DNA of 63,530 nucleotides, filler included, from Octopus bimaculoides (lineage: Eukaryota), in assembly GCF_001194135.2 (NCBI RefSeq). It is 5 parts of 5 records of this genome, joined end to end, with 100 filler letters (N's around TTAATTAATTAA, not from the genome) between each part and the next. Parts side by side here need not be neighbours in the genome. Positions count along the whole stretch, not along the records: positions 9,344 to 13,552 come from NC_068986.1; positions 13,653 to 28,957 come from NC_068994.1; 3 more parts are not named here. The stretch is one strand, 5' to 3'. The notes beneath the pieces were generated by a model. It was given only the letters and a program-made list of their open reading frames with translations, made no database searches and was not told the DNA's origin. A program made the translations under genes and the position numbers. Shown here one piece after another: positions 11,250 to 26,462 of this stretch; within the stretch, counting starts at the first letter, position 1; every line of letters starts with the position of its first letter.

Positions 11250-11500
11250 TAAGGTCTCAACTTAAACCAGTTTCCATGGTGTTTTCAACTGATTGAGATT
11301 AGAACACTCCTTCCCCTAAGTGGGATACCTGTCCGTCGTAGGATTAACTTCCTAGACTTTTGCTGGAACTCATGTGCAGCTCCGTGAATTAGAGCAAAGC
11401 GAAATTAAGGGTTTTGCTCAGTAATACAACGCATCTCCCGGTCCCGGAATCGAAACCACGATCTTACGATTGCGAGTGCAAATCTTTGACCACTCGGTCA
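11250..11500 (-). mobile_element. Degenerate tRNA-derived SINE (family C group)
   Basis: Minus-strand head gcgcgtgaccgagtggtcaaag..gtggtttcgattccggg. Confidence 0.7.
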
Positions 11501-11639
11501 CGCGCTTTTACATCAAGGAATTCAATAATACGTTAAAAGCCAGATGCAAATGCAAGTTCAACAAGGATTGGCAATATCTCTCACTTGAAGCTGTTATTCA
11601 TGAGTCAGTGGAAGGACCATTCAATGAATTAGTAAACAA

Positions 11640-11960
11640 ATCTGGAATTAACAGTTGAATTGGTAAAAGGATGGATATAATGTTGATTCCTCAAAACAAA
11701 GGACGAAACCCTAGTGACATCAAAACCATCGGCCTGTAACCTGTTTGCCATCAAGCTAAGTATGAAGCCCTTACATCTGTACTTGAACAGAAGTTGGTTG
11801 ACCTCCTGACAATAATGTCTTGCCAGAGACGCAGAACCGATGCCAGAAAGGGATACAAAAGTGGCTGTAAAGGGCAGCTAATATTGAATCAGAGAGCTAT
11901 TGAAGACATCCAAAAATAGGATGTCACACTGAATAATGTCGTTGTAGATATGTCTGAAAT
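11640..11960 (+). mobile_element. Degenerate Dong/R4 reverse transcriptase fragment
   Basis: NHRPVTCLP..LTSVLEQK..GCKGQLILNQRAIED read across frameshifts. Confidence 0.7.
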
Positions 11961-12203
11961 GAAACGTCTTGATGACCGCGTTTCTTCACCTTTAATCATT
12001 TGCCAGAACCGAGTATTAAGTATTCTGACGTTTTTGCACAAAAACCATTAAATGCACAGAAAGAAATGCAGAATTCTTTTCTCTTTTTTTGTCTTTTTCT
12101 TTTCTTTTACTTATTTTATACTTTATTTAAAAGCATATTACTCTACCTCTGGTATTTGAGTACTCTTTTTTCCACCTTGTTGCACATTTATGTGCTTACT
12201 CTG

Positions 12204-12237
<34 letters not shown>

Positions 12238-12519
12238 GACGGTGTTCTTTCAGTTTCCGTCAATCAAATGCACTCGCAAAGCTTTGGTCGGATTGAGGCT
12301 ATAGTAGAAGACACTTGCCCAAGGTGCTACACAGTGGGACTGAACCCGAAACCATGTGGTTGCTAAGCAAGTTACTTACCACACAGCCACTCGTTCAAAA
12401 ATTTTCAAAAATGCTTAGTTGAATTACATTTTTAACCTATTTCTCTTTAAATTTCAAAATACTAATAATATAATAATTAATAGTGGTGTGTACAATGTTA
12501 TGTGTACACAAACGTGGGA

Positions 12520-13010
12520 CGGCACTAGTTGTCACATTTTGTCTTAAGGGAAATTTCGCAACGAGGACTGAATATAAAACTAGACATGACAGAGTTGACC
12601 AATACATTCACTGAACTTTGTTCAAAAGCCCTGGTACTGAACATAAGAGAAACTGGTATGACAACAAACCTAAATCAATCCTTTGAAACTTTACAGTATA
12701 TATTGATCGCATAAGAATGCCAATCTCGTATATGTTATTGCTAAAGACACTAAAATCAAGACCTGCCTACTTGTAGTTATGTCAATATCTTTTGGCAAAA
12801 ATGAGCCTGCCAAGGAATATGATAAACTTCCTAAGTATAATGACCTTGAAGACAGAAACAATACCGGTTATGAATGGAGCACTAAGGGTCATTAAAAAAA
12901 CAGTATGTGGTTTCCTTGTAAAAATACCGGGAAGAGCTAGAATATACGTAAGTCAAAACATAGTACCGAACAATATGGCTCCCACTTTACGTAAGTTCTT
13001 GTTCTTGTAG
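12520..13010 (+). mobile_element. Degenerate Dong/R4 C-terminal region
   Basis: EYKTRHDRV..NWYDNKP..LKTETIPVMNGALRVIKK..PTLRKFL. Confidence 0.7.
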
Positions 13011-13652
13011 ACTATACTCTCAAAACCTTTGGTGTTTTTGTGGGGTTTTAATGTACATCCAACTGAATCATAAGCTGTGTTGAAGAATAACAATACTCTA
13101 CAATACCTGCCCTAGGATACCAGTTGTTGCTCGACAGGAAGTCATTATCTAACCGATGTGAAAGTCAGATTTAAAAAAAGAAACAATAATAGAGTATGAA
13201 AATATGTTTACTGTCGAACGTAGGAGTGACTGTGTGTTAAGTAGCTTGCTTACCAATCACATGATCCCGGGTTCAGTCCCACTGAGTGACACCTTGGGCA
13301 AGTGTCTTTCCCGGAGGGAAAAACACAAACAAAACAAGCCTTTAGCCAATTGGGCACGAATCGTTTCACGGCTAAGCGAACGAAAACTTCACCATTCCAA
13401 TCTTCAGCCCAAATATTCTGATAAATTTGAAAGTGTCCCTAAAAAAATTCACGGTAATCCTTGGCCATGCGACACCAAAAATCAACGATAAGAAAGGCAC
13501 TTACGAATTCATCGGCCAGCGAGTTCAGGCATCCCACCCCAAAGAAATCCACNNNNNNNNNNNNNNNNNNNNNNNNNNNNNNNNNNNNNNNNNNNNTTAA
13601 TTAATTAANNNNNNNNNNNNNNNNNNNNNNNNNNNNNNNNNNNNNNNNNNNN

Positions 13653-13735
<83 letters not shown>

Positions 13736-13754
13736 TAATAATAAGTTAAGCTGT

Positions 13755-13930
13755 TGTGGTTGATGAAAAAGGTAGCAGTAGTACCAATAATTGTCGGAGC
13801 CCTGGGAACAGTGAGTAAAAGTCTCGAGAAGTACGTGGAACAAATAGGGGCTGCAATAAGGGTGGAGCACTTGCAGACAACAGCACTGCTTGGAACCGCT
13901 CGAATACTCCGGAAGGTGCTCGAAAAATAA
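13755..13930 (+). mobile_element. Dong/R4 3' coding end, same family as 5820-6211
   Basis: KKVAVVPIIVGALGTVSKSLEKYVEQIGAAIRVEHLQTTALLGTARILRKVLEK*; nearly identical to 5971-6134; follows (TAA)n. Confidence 0.85.
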
Positions 13931-13984
13931 GAGGTGCTACCGCAGTACATTTCCAAAGACAGTTGCAGCAAATAGTAGTAGTAA

Positions 13985-14337
13985 GACAGGGTTATGGTTT
14001 CAGAAAGGGGAGACAGTAGGTTTGTTAGTAGGAGCACAATATCAGGTATCAACGACTAATTGGATAAAAGCCAAGATAGACAAAACGACAAGTAGATTAC
14101 CAATGTAGGTTATGCAAATCAAACGACGTAAGTGTTCCTCATATAGTAAGTAAATATAGCATATACTTAACCTAGGAAGAGTAATCCACTGGGAGTTATG
14201 TAGAAAGCTAGGATTTGGACATACTGATAAATGGTATGAACATGAACCTAGTAAAGTACCAGAAAGTAAGAAATATAAGATGCTGTAGGACTTTAACGTT
14301 GAAACTGAAAGAATAATAGAAGCTTGAAGGCCTGATT

Positions 14338-14379
<42 letters not shown>

Positions 14380-14700
14380 ATAAAGAGAATAGAAAGTGCC
14401 AGATAATTGACTTTAGAATCCTAAATGATGAAAAACAAATCAATACCAGAGGTATAGAAAAAATAGCAATTACCAGAATCTAGCCATTGAATTAATGAGG
14501 CTATGGAAAAGAGCGGCTAAAATGTATCCCAGTAGTTATTGGTGCATTAGGAACTATCCCTAAAGATTTGAACAGATGGATAGGGGAACTAGACATAAAA
14601 CCCAGTTTCGTACAACTCCAGGAAAGAGTGTTACTAGAGACAGCTGGGATACTTAGGAGTGTTCTTGGCATCTAAGGTTACTTGTCGTAACCCGATGTTA
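13985..14700 (+). mobile_element. Degenerate Dong/R4 C-terminal half
   Basis: KGETVGLLVGAQYQVSTTNWIKAKID..VIGALGTIPK..LQERVLLETAGILRSVLGI*; interrupted by (TAG)n. Confidence 0.75.
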
Positions 14701-14752
14701 GGAATGTTTCTTTTCAACAGTCTAATCTCTTGCTAGTATATGGATAATGATG

Positions 14753-14927
<175 letters not shown>

Positions 14928-14929
14928 TA

Positions 14930-15110
14930 GGTACACACCCAGCCCCCAGAAAAGTGACCATGCTCTGGGATATGCCAATACACACAGAGAAATCAAGGTT
15001 AATAGGCACACATCTTACGTACACATCCTACGTAAAACACTTTCAATACAGTAAAAATAAGAACGCCACAACAAACTAGTTGTGCAGTGATAGCACGTGA
15101 TACAAATGAG
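14930..15110 (+). mobile_element. Internally deleted Dong/R4 3' fragment
   Basis: KVTMLWDMPIHT.. jumps to HILRKTLSIQ*, then UTR and TAA-rich tail. Confidence 0.65.
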
Positions 15111-15464
15111 ACTACTGAATAAAAAATAATTATAATAATAACCAGAGTAAGTACTGAAGTTCCTTCAATCGATTTTATCTAACTCATACGTATTACTTAC
15201 ACTGTGCTTAAGTTAGGAGTAAATAACTACTGTAACGTTTTGCTTCATACTACGTGATTTCGGGACAAGGTCTGAATCTTTAATCTAATGAAATGATGCT
15301 ATGAACATCTAAAATCATAATAACTCGATAACATAAGTACCAGTTGAACACTGGAGTCGATGTAATCGACACATCCACTCCCTGAAATTTGCTGCACGAG
15401 TGGCAAAATTTGAAACAATTACTATTATTATTATTATTATTATTATCATCATAATCATCATTAT

Positions 15465-15890
15465 AGGCGCAGGAGTGGCTGTGTGGTAAGAAGCTTGCTT
15501 ACCAACCACATGGTTCCCGGTTCATTCCCACTGCGTGTCACCTTGGGCAAGTATCTTCTATTATAGCCTCGGGCCGATCAAAACCTTGTGAGTGGATTTG
15601 GTAGACGGAAACTGAAAGAATCCCGTCGTATGTATGTATATATATATATATATATATATACATATATATGTATATGTATGTGTGTGCATATGTTTGTGTG
15701 TCTGTGTTTGTCCCCCCAACATCGCTTGACAACCGATGGTGGTGTGTTTACGTCCCCGTAACTTAGCGTTTCGGCAAAAGAGACCGATAGAATAAGTACT
15801 AGGCTTCCAAAGAATAAGTCCCGGGGTCGATTTGCTCGACTAAAAGGCGATGCTCCAGCATGGCCGCAGTGAAATGACTGAAACAAGTAA
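15465..15890 (+). mobile_element. Full-length SINE family B
   Basis: Colinear with 10171-10630. Confidence 0.9.
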
Positions 15891-15914
15891 AATAGTAAAA
15901 TAGTAAATAGTAAA

Positions 15915-15929
15915 TAGTTATCATCATCA

Positions 15930-15973
<44 letters not shown>

Positions 15974-16008
15974 GTTCAGTAGTTTTATTTTTATAACGTG
16001 CTTTCACT

Positions 16009-16049
<41 letters not shown>

Positions 16050-16601
16050 ATTAATATTATTACTATTATTATTATTCAGAATTACTCTCATAAACTTAAC
16101 TCTATCTTTGTGTCAATGAAAAATCGACGAAGCTACCGTCAAAATGGTCGCCGTTGCCGGCGTCACGTTTATTTTATAATTAACATCATTATAATTATCT
16201 TTCGTCCTTATCAGCGTCACCCTCATCATCGTCCTCGTTATCGCCATCAAAATCATTATCAAAGTCATTATCGTAAATACCGCTCTGTCGTATCCTCTTC
16301 CTCATTTTCATTACCACTACCATCATCATCATCGTCTTCATCATCATCATCATCATCATCGCCATCATCGTGGTCATTGCCACCATCATCAATAAACTGC
16401 TCTGTTTATCTTGCTCTTTTTCATCCACCTCAGCCATTTTATTCTTCTTCCGCTACACTTCATCGTGGTCAATAAAGAAAACTCAGTTGGCCCTAAATGC
16501 ATAAATAACCTTACTGATGCGAATATAATTTGAATAAATGAAGCTTTCTTTCATTTTCCACTTCCTCCTTCTACTTCTGCTGGTTACTGCTATCAAAAAA
16601 C

Positions 16602-16650
<49 letters not shown>

Positions 16651-16689
16651 GTTATTATTATTATTATTATTATTATCATCATCATCATC

Positions 16690-16775
<86 letters not shown>

Positions 16776-16875
16776 CATCATCATCATCATTATTATTATT
16801 ATTATCATTATTATTATTATTATTATCATCATCATCATCATCATCATCATCATTATTATCATCATTATTATTATT

Positions 16876-16923
<48 letters not shown>

Positions 16924-17040
16924 GCCATCATCATAATTATCATCGTCTTCTTCGTCGTCGTTGTCGTCGTCGTCGTCATCACCGTCGTCGTCATGATCAT
17001 AATCATGATTTTCGTTGTTGTTGTTGTTGCTGTGGTTGTT
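15915..17040. repeat. Long compound trinucleotide region (TTA)n/(TCA)n/(TCG)n/(TTG)n
   Basis: Direct reading. It generates the poly-amino-acid ORFs in the track. Confidence 0.9.
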
Positions 17041-17427
17041 ATCATAATATGGAATCATTTGGGGAAATTCTCGACGGACATTTAATGTCAGAATTTGTCA
17101 TCTGTTAATTTTAATTGTCCATATTAATTAAAGTAATTATAACTTTTTCAAACTCTTCGGTAGCAGACGACTAGCCGAGAGGACGGATACTCGTTCAGGT
17201 TTCCCTAACTGCTGTGTATCCGTATCCGATAAGCAACTAACTGCATCAAGCTGTAGATTATGTTGGTGTGAGAACGGCGATGATGATGTTGATGATGATG
17301 ATGGTGATGATGATGATGATAATGATGATGATGATGGTGGCGGTGATGATGATTATGATGATGGTGACGGATGAGGGATGGTTAATGTTATTCATAGTAG
17401 TGGTGGTGGTGGCGGTGGTGGTGCATG

Positions 17428-17483
<56 letters not shown>

Positions 17484-17493
17484 NNNNNNNNNN

Positions 17494-17529
<36 letters not shown>

Positions 17530-18481
17530 TACACATAGGCACCAGCACTGATACATAGGCTCGGTTGTGCAATGGAGAATCACACTTTGCAAACACTTGT
17601 AGTTGGGTTCAATCCCACTGTGTCATCATTTGAGAAAGTATCTTCTGCTATTGTTCTGGACCGAAGAATGCCTTTTGAGCCAATGGAATAGACGGAAACA
17701 GCGTACACGTACATCATGTAGGTATGTACTTTCGGGGTCTGAGCTTGTCTCCCTCACCGTTTTACAACTAGCGTTAATTTATGTATGCTTTTGTAATTTA
17801 GTGTTTCGTCTTATAAGACGGAGTAAGTATCAAACTTCAAAAATATATGTACTGACGTGGGAGAGTTTGTTTGACTGAATCCCTTGAAGCAGCTGTGTCG
17901 GCCTGACAGCAATCCCGCGACTGAAACATGTAAAAATACAAAACTAAAACAAAGTTTCATTACAATCTTAAGCAAATAACACAGATGCCCGCACAAAACT
18001 AACTTTCAAATACATATTAAGCATGCACACCACTTACTACACAGCAGACCACATATATACGCATACAGATTCACAAATGCACACAACCCACTCAAGCTTA
18101 TCAACACAATTACACACTTGCAAACACTGTAGTAACGCACACGCCCACTTATCCATCCTTGCACGAGCTAATCAGAATAGTCAAACATGTTAATAATATA
18201 CATATATCTTAGCCGGATTGTCGACTTTACAATTTACTGTATCTGACATAATATTTGCCTACATAGTCGATTTGACCGATATTCCATTCATGGAATACAT
18301 CTCAGGTATTACTGAGATATATCACGTGTGCTTCTTTAAAACTTTATGTAATTCAGTAATAAACCACTGACTGTTTTATTATAAATACATAAAAATCTGT
18401 AAAATGTATTTTATTTAGCATTTTTACACGACAACGTATATACATACACCCAAGCATACACACACAAACACCGATATAGAT

Positions 18482-18532
<51 letters not shown>

Positions 18533-19032
18533 NNNNNNNNNNNNNNNNNNNNNNNNNNNNNNNNNNNNNNNNNNNNNNNNNNNNNNNNNNNNNNNNNNNN
18601 NNNNNNNNNNNNNNNNNNNNNNNNNNNNNNNNNNNNNNNNNNNNNNNNNNNNNNNNNNNNNNNNNNNNNNNNNNNNNNNNNNNNNNNNNNNNNNNNNNNN
18701 NNNNNNNNNNNNNNNNNNNNNNNNNNNNNNNNNNNNNNNNNNNNNNNNNNNNNNNNNNNNNNNNNNNNNNNNNNNNNNNNNNNNNNNNNNNNNNNNNNNN
18801 NNNNNNNNNNNNNNNNNNNNNNNNNNNNNNNNNNNNNNNNNNNNNNNNNNNNNNNNNNNNNNNNNNNNNNNNNNNNNNNNNNNNNNNNNNNNNNNNNNNN
18901 NNNNNNNNNNNNNNNNNNTTGTTGTTATCATTCTGCTTGTTTTTGCTAATGTTGCTCCCTGCATACTTTTCCTTCATTCTGTTGTCTTAATTTGTAAATG
19001 TATTTCTTGTGCAAAACTGTATTTGAATGGAG

Positions 19033-19079
<47 letters not shown>

Positions 19080-19361
19080 TGTGTGTGTGCGAATATATAT
19101 TATGTGTATGTTTATATGTATAGAGTACATTCTGTATATTTAAACCCACGACAAGCCAATCAATGATCGTATGCGCGTGCCTGTATCTTTGTATCTCTGA
19201 CGTTTGCATATACAATGAACAGTCATGGGCGTATAGGTTTATATATGCTTGCCTGCGCTTTTGTGTAAGTGTAAGTATATACACACTAATTTATTGTCTT
19301 AAATTTAAGCAAACGCTTTCTTGCAGCATTTCATCAAAACGTACTCATACACACACACACA

Positions 19362-19438
<77 letters not shown>

Positions 19439-19887
19439 GTGCACCTACACANNNNNNNNNNNNNNNNNNNNNNNNNNNNNNNNNNNNNNNNNNNNNNNNN
19501 NNNNNNNNNNNNNNNNNNNNNNNNNNNNNNNNNNNNNNNNNNNNNNNNNNNNNNNNNNNNNNNNNNNNNNNNNNNNNNNNNNNNNNNNNNNNNNNNNNNN
19601 NNNNNNNNNNNNNNNNNNNNNNNNNNNNNNNNNNNNNNNNNNNNNNNNNNNNNNNNNNNNNNNNNNNNNNNNNNNNNNNNNNNNNNNNNNNNNNNNNNNN
19701 NNNNNNNNNNNNNNNNNNNNNNNNNNNNNNNNNNNNNNNNNNNNNNNNNNNNNNNNNNNNNNNNNNNNNNNNNNNNNNNNNNNNNNNNNNNNNNNNNNNN
19801 NNNNNNNNNNNNNNNNNNNNNNNNNNNNNNNNNNNNNNNNNNNNNNNNNNNNNNNNNNNNNNNNNNNNNNNNNNNNNNNNNNNNNNN

Positions 19888-19918
<31 letters not shown>

Positions 19919-21170
19919 CCTCTGTTTGTACACACATACACGCGCACACGCACTCACACACACACAAGTACACACACATTATATATGTAGGCATATATGT
20001 GTGTGTGTGTGTGTGAGTATATTTCTGCGTGTGCCGGTGCAGTGTGTGCAGAACACGTTCATCCATAATATTTCTATTGTTATTTATCTTTATTTTTCTA
20101 TATAATTATTCCTTTTGTTTTCCCCCACCAAACTTTTATTACCATTAAGGTCTTCAGACCATCGATTACCTGTTCTGTTTTCTACCTGATTTAGAAAATT
20201 CTCTATTGATTTTGAAATTATCTTCTCGCTCAACCCCGTCCGTTGTTCAGTAGTCTCTCATTTAGTACACTTCCCATCAAGTATTTTATTTTCTATATAC
20301 TGCATGTCGATATGTACCCTACATGTAACATATGTGTGTGTATAGCGTGTAAGCATGCGTGTATCTATACATATATGTATGTTTAAATGTTTTCTTCTCG
20401 CTTAATTTGGAGTTAATTTTAACCGGCCACCTGCTTCTTAGCAGGCTTCTAAAGAAAAACATCATGTTATTTTCATCATCCTTTAAAAGTTAACAAAATC
20501 TTGCTGGATTTTATTGCCTAAAATATCGTTACCATTAGTATATTAGAAATTTAGTTTCAGTTTTAGCTTCAAGAACACAAGCTGAGGTATTCTTTCACCC
20601 AGACAACTGCCTCTCTTTAATCTCTCTTACATGTTTCCGTCATTTGACTGCAGCCATGCTGGAGCACCGCCATTAGTCGAGCATTGTATACAACAGGAAG
20701 GGAAAAAATAGGCTTTAATAACGAATCATCAGTTTTGTTTCTGTGCTGTGACACAGCTTAAGTTTCTAAGTTTCTTCTCATACATTGCGGAAAATTATTT
20801 TATAAGTAATTACATAAACAAAATATGTATGTATTCTGATTTATGACTTGTACGACTTTGAATTGACAAACTGCTCGGTAACAAGAGATAGATATTAATG
20901 CAAAGGGGAAATTCAAAGCAATCCAGTACTGCCTTAGGAGCAATCTTCCCGATGAAGTGCTGGCACACAACTGTTGCTAAATCATGTTTATTTATGTAAT
21001 TATTTATAAAATAATTCTATGTAATCCATGAGGACTTAAAGCTGGTGCCAAGACACAAAAGCAAATGTTGCAATTTGGTATTAAAGCCTATTTGTACATC
21101 ACCTCCTTGTAAAAATTTATATACACACACACTCACACACATATACTTAGGTATATACATACATACATAC

Positions 21171-21213
<43 letters not shown>

Positions 21214-23234
21214 NNNNNNNNNNNNNNNNNNNNNNNNNNNNNNNNNNNNNNNNNNNNNNNNNNNNNNNNNNNNNNNNNNNNNNNNNNNNNNNNNNNNNNN
21301 NNNNNNNNNNNNNNNNNNNNNNNNNNNNNNNNNNNNNNNNNNNNNNNNNNNNNNNNNNNNNNNNNNNNNNNNNNNNNNNNNNNNNNNNNNNNNNNNNNNN
21401 NNNNNNNNNNNNNNNNNNNNNNNNNNNNNNNNNNNNNNNNNNNNNNNNNNNNNNNNNNNNNNNNNNNNNNNNNNNNNNNNNNNNNNNNNNNNNNNNNNNN
21501 NNNNNNNNNNNNNNNNNNNNNNNNNNNNNNNNNNNNNNNNNNNNNNNNNNNNNNNNNNNNNNNNNNNNNNNNNNNNNNNNNNNNNNNNNNNNNNNNNNNN
21601 NNNNNNNNNNNNNNNNNNNNNNNNNNNNNNNNNNNNTGTGTAATGAAATACAATGAAAATAATATAAATAATATATACGTTTTGAAATATTTCTGTCATA
21701 GGGAGATGTATTATATGTTTTGATTGAGATAATATCATAATCACATCACGTGGATAACGTATAATCTCCGTTGCTTATTGTTATTATGCTATCATTTAAA
21801 CAGCAAAGTAAGAGGCTCCAACGTTGAAGAAAATGATTAAAATTATTGAATTCATAAAGGATATCAATAACAATAATCACGCTGTAACCATAATAATTTC
21901 AAACAAATGAAGACAATATATTTAGAGCTATAATAATTTCGACAGTCCGTGGTAAGTGGATATCACTTGAGAAAATTCGTCGCCAGCTTCCAAACAAAAT
22001 TGTATTTACGAGTGAACCACAGAAATCTATGTATTGTTCTAAATTCAAGGATATCCTTTTCATTTTTTATTATTGTTAAAAATAATTATGATTATAATTT
22101 TTCGATATTAGTATATTAAATGGTGGACAGGGATAACAGAAATAAATTGTAATAGCTAATATGATGTTACTGTTCTATATACTCATTCCCTTTCTGTTTC
22201 TGGGTTTTAAATGAAAAGAAATTCGTCAACAACTATTTCGCACTTAGACAAAAGAAATGTCTGGTAATGTATGTAATGTGTAGTTGCATGTAATGACATT
22301 TTCTGCCACGCATACAGTCTCATAATTATACACATATGTTACACACGCGCATACACACACACTCACGCGCATACGGCCACACACATATAAACCTGTGAAA
22401 GCCCATGGTGTCAAATGTCAGCAAGGCCAAGCAGTAGTGCCAAAACTTGTCATACCAGTAGTAGTAGTAGNNNNNNNNNNNNNNNNNNNNNNNNNNNNNN
22501 NNNNNNNNNNNNNNNNNNNNNNNNNNNNNNNNNNNNNNNNNNNNNNNNNNNNNNNNNNNNNNNNNNNNNNNNNNNNNNNNNNNNNNNNNNNNNNNNNNNN
22601 NNNNNNNNNNNNNNNNNNNNNNNNNNNNNNNNNNNNNNNNNNNNNNNNNNNNNNNNNNNNNNNNNNNNNNNNNNNNNNNNNNNNNNNNNNNNNNNNNNNN
22701 NNNNNNNNNNNNNNNNNNNNNNNNNNNNNNNNNNNNNNNNNNNNNNNNNNNNNNNNNNNNNNNNNNNNNNNNNNNNNNNNNNNNNNNNNNNNNNNNNNNN
22801 NNNNNNNNNNNNNNNNNNNNNNNNNNNNNNNNNNNNNNNNNNNNNNNNNNNNNNNNNNNNNNNNNNNNNNNNNNNNNNNNNNNNNNNNNNNNNNNNNNNN
22901 NNNNNNNNNNNNNNNNNNNNNNNNNNNNNNNNNNNNNNNNNNNNNNNNNNNNNNNNNNNNNNNNNNNNNNNNNNNNNNNNNNNNNNNNNNNNNNNNNNNN
23001 NNNNNNNNNNNNNNNNNNNNNNNNNNNNNNNNNNNNNNNNNNNNNNNNNNNNNNNNNNNNNNNNNNNNNNNNNNNNNNNNNNNNNNNNNNNNNNNNNNNN
23101 NNNNNNNNNNNNNNNNNNNNNNNNNNNNNNNNNNNNNNNNNNNNNNNNNNNNNNNNNNNNNNNNNNNNNNNNNNNNNNNNNNNNNNNNNNNNNNNNNNNN
23201 NNNNNNNNNNNNNNNNNNNNNNNNNNNNNNNNNN

Positions 23235-23286
<52 letters not shown>

Positions 23287-24929
23287 AAGTGAATTCTAAT
23301 AACAGGATTCAAAATGAATGCTATGGAACGTGATTAATGTATTTGATTTTTGCAGCATTGCAGGTGGGCGGGTTGGATGCAACTCTTTGATGTTGAACGC
23401 AATTAACCGTTTCCAGCAACGCACTAAATATATAAATATATATATATATATGTATGTATATTATAAATGCTAGTGTATATACATTCACATATATATACTT
23501 AAATATGTATATATATATATGTATGCGTGTATGTATGTTATACTTACACTCTATGTGCTTGTCTACTTTTGAATTGCGTTTATATTCAATTTGATTACGT
23601 GTGTTTGTGTATGAGAGCATGATCATCTCAAACATTACACTGGTTTTACAAGGCTCAGGGATCTCATGGTACATTGAAGCTCGAAAAGCAGTATCTATCC
23701 GCTCACACTGCCAATGGTTTTCGTGCACTATTTTACCTGGAGACAATCTTTCCCTCACAATAAACTATTGACATAGCCTTTACAAGTTGAAATAAGTCCC
23801 AAACATATTTGAACTGACCTAACGTGTGTTTATATTTCTCTCTCTCTCTCTATCTCCCTGAGGGCGCGCGTGTGTGTTAGCGTATATGTATGTGTATGTT
23901 TATGTGAGTGTGTGTAAATGTAAATGTGTGTATATACAGTGAGGCCATAATAAAAGGGTCAATAAGAAAAATTTATGTTGAACGCAACTTTTAGTTTATT
24001 TCCTCATAACCTACCAAATATTTATTCCATTCACTTGACATTTTCACGAAGGATAGATATTAGATGTATCTAAATGTGTGTAAAATATCTAGTCTCAACT
24101 TGTTGTTAATTTTCTATAATAACTATTTCAATGAACTTGTTCTTACCTTATATTATGGCCGCTACTGCATGTTTGTATGTATTTGTGTATGTATATGTAT
24201 ATATAAATATATATAAATATATGTGTATATATCAAAATAAGCAACAAGGATATTCAAAGTTAATGCAGTACGATCGCTTTATGCTACTCCATTTATTTAA
24301 GCAATGTGAACATTACATTAAATGTAAAATACAGAGCAATCCTCAGCTGCACAAAGATATAGAAATTAACTGAAATTTCATTTCAACAGAAGGACATATT
24401 GGTGTAACTATATTTAAACTCTCCAAGTCGAAAGGAAGAATACAAAAAATCATTTTGACTTAGCCAGACCATACAGGCTAGTATATATATATATATATAT
24501 ACACTTACACTGATTCTACCCTACCAGGTTTTTAGATATATTTATGTAATTAAATTTGTATCTATATTTGTATACATCAATTACGAATTACATGAAGTGT
24601 ATATATCAAGTTTCAATCTATACTACAGTGTAGTGAATGACCTATGATTACGTTATAAAAAATGCGTCGATTTGGCTGCATGAGCGACCAACTACGTACT
24701 TACGTTACAATATTTACTTTATAATTTTATTTATCAAATATTATTGTAGCCAGTATGTATTTTACCTCGTATTTCATCATTTTTCATATGATATAGATTC
24801 CAGCATCCAGTCTTTGAGTGCCTCGCCATTCACTGAAATACAATTGTAGAAATTAACAGAAAATATATTCAAAGAAAAATATTCGTAAACATAATCCAGA
24901 CGTTGTTTTGTAATAAAACAAACCCACAT

Positions 24930-25250
24930 CATAACATCTTCTTCGTCCATTTTGTCCAAGAGGTTCGTGGGTGGAAACTCAAGTATGCTCTTCTACTGTC
25001 AGAAGTGATCGTTTCTAATCCAGCTAAAATCTCCAAGTGAGACTAAACGAGCTCATAGATGTTATCCAACCATCTTTCTCGCGGTCTGTTCCTAGTGCTA
25101 GATGCGCGAACGCTGGAGATAACAGCTATATCAATGCTGTCGATAAACATAGACTCATAGTGCTTGAACAAGCACTGGTATCCCGAATGGTGTTCAATGT
25201 TCAACAACTTTAAATCTGTCGATGAGGATTTTCAATCTTAAACATTGATT
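24930..25250 (-). mobile_element. Old RTE-type LINE 3' end relic
   Basis: Minus strand RNRPRERWLDNI resembles the RTE terminal GRPxxRWxDxI motif. Confidence 0.45.
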
Positions 25251-25450
25251 CTACGATTTTTTAATACTACAACGAAAACATTGCATCAACATTGACTACC
25301 ATCATATCATACTGAAGATGAAGGCAAGAAGTTCTAAACCCATTGATGCACTTATTAAAGTTATTTTCGCAAACTAAAGTTTAAAATCTAATCAGAGACT
25401 GTCAATGATTATTAATTAAGAATATCATACTTCTTTTAAAGTTATCGCAG

Positions 25451-25492
25451 GACTTGAACAAACTCAAATTCAAGAAATGATATTCTTTGCAG
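25451..25492 (+). CDS. Candidate 42-nt symmetric exon (GLEQTQIQEMIFFAG), product unknown
   Basis: ttttaaagttatcgcAG acceptor and CAG|GTAAAT donor. Only one open frame (phase 1/1). Confidence 0.25.
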
Positions 25493-26423
25493 GTAAATAT
25501 ATACGGCAAAATATCCCATACACCATTCTCAAAATACATACCCGCTGTAGAAATATTCACCGATAAGATTCGAACACTACCATTCACATTTTCATTTTTT
25601 CTTTTCTTTTGTTCTCCATCTTTAGTTATCGTTATTTCCATTCTTGCTGCATTGCAGAATGCATATGATCATTTATGTGTAAAATGCTTTGGACATTTTA
25701 ATGGTTAACTACGTTTTTACTTGATATGTAAAATTACTTTGCCTTCGCATCTCCGATTCCAACTCGTCATTAACTTTGTTTAATATTGCAGTATGTTTCT
25801 ACTATCTGAACCTGAATAATGTTTTGCGAGTGATTTTGACTTAAAATAACTGCAATTAACATGATTGATTCATCAGGATATTTATTTCTCTTACATCTCT
25901 TAGGCCTTTTATTTGCATTCCCTGATTTTGTTAATATATTGCTTATTCGTTCTATTTTAACTTTGCCTAAGTATTCAATCATAAATTTTCGAATTATTTG
26001 ATTTTATCTGTTCGGATGCATCCAATCAAATCCTTCTACTTTGTTTCTTTCATCCGAATATTGTTACTGCTTCATTCCGCAAATTTCTTTTTAGAGATGG
26101 CCGAGGTAAATCTGAGCGTCATGAAATTTAAAATTTCAGTTGCGACAAAAAAACATTTTGTGACTCTACTTTACTGTTTCGAGTACTTTTATTTCTTTCC
26201 TTGTTTACATTTCAGTGTTTCCACAAACGCATGTCACATACATACACATACCCTTAGATACATAAGCACAACTACAGACACCACGGCGCGCACACACACA
26301 GACAACTATACACTCACATACAAACACTTTTATATATCATAAACATATATGTGTGTGTATATATAAATACATATAGATGTATATATATACACAAATATAT
26401 ACATTTATATATCTGTGTTTCTA

Positions 26424-26462
<39 letters not shown>

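Noticed and set aside
13310-13552. CpG-rich segment with an ~80-codon minus frame (one stop) and a GTAAGT
   Set aside because: No recognisable motif; abuts a gap; probably a fragment of an unidentified retroelement.
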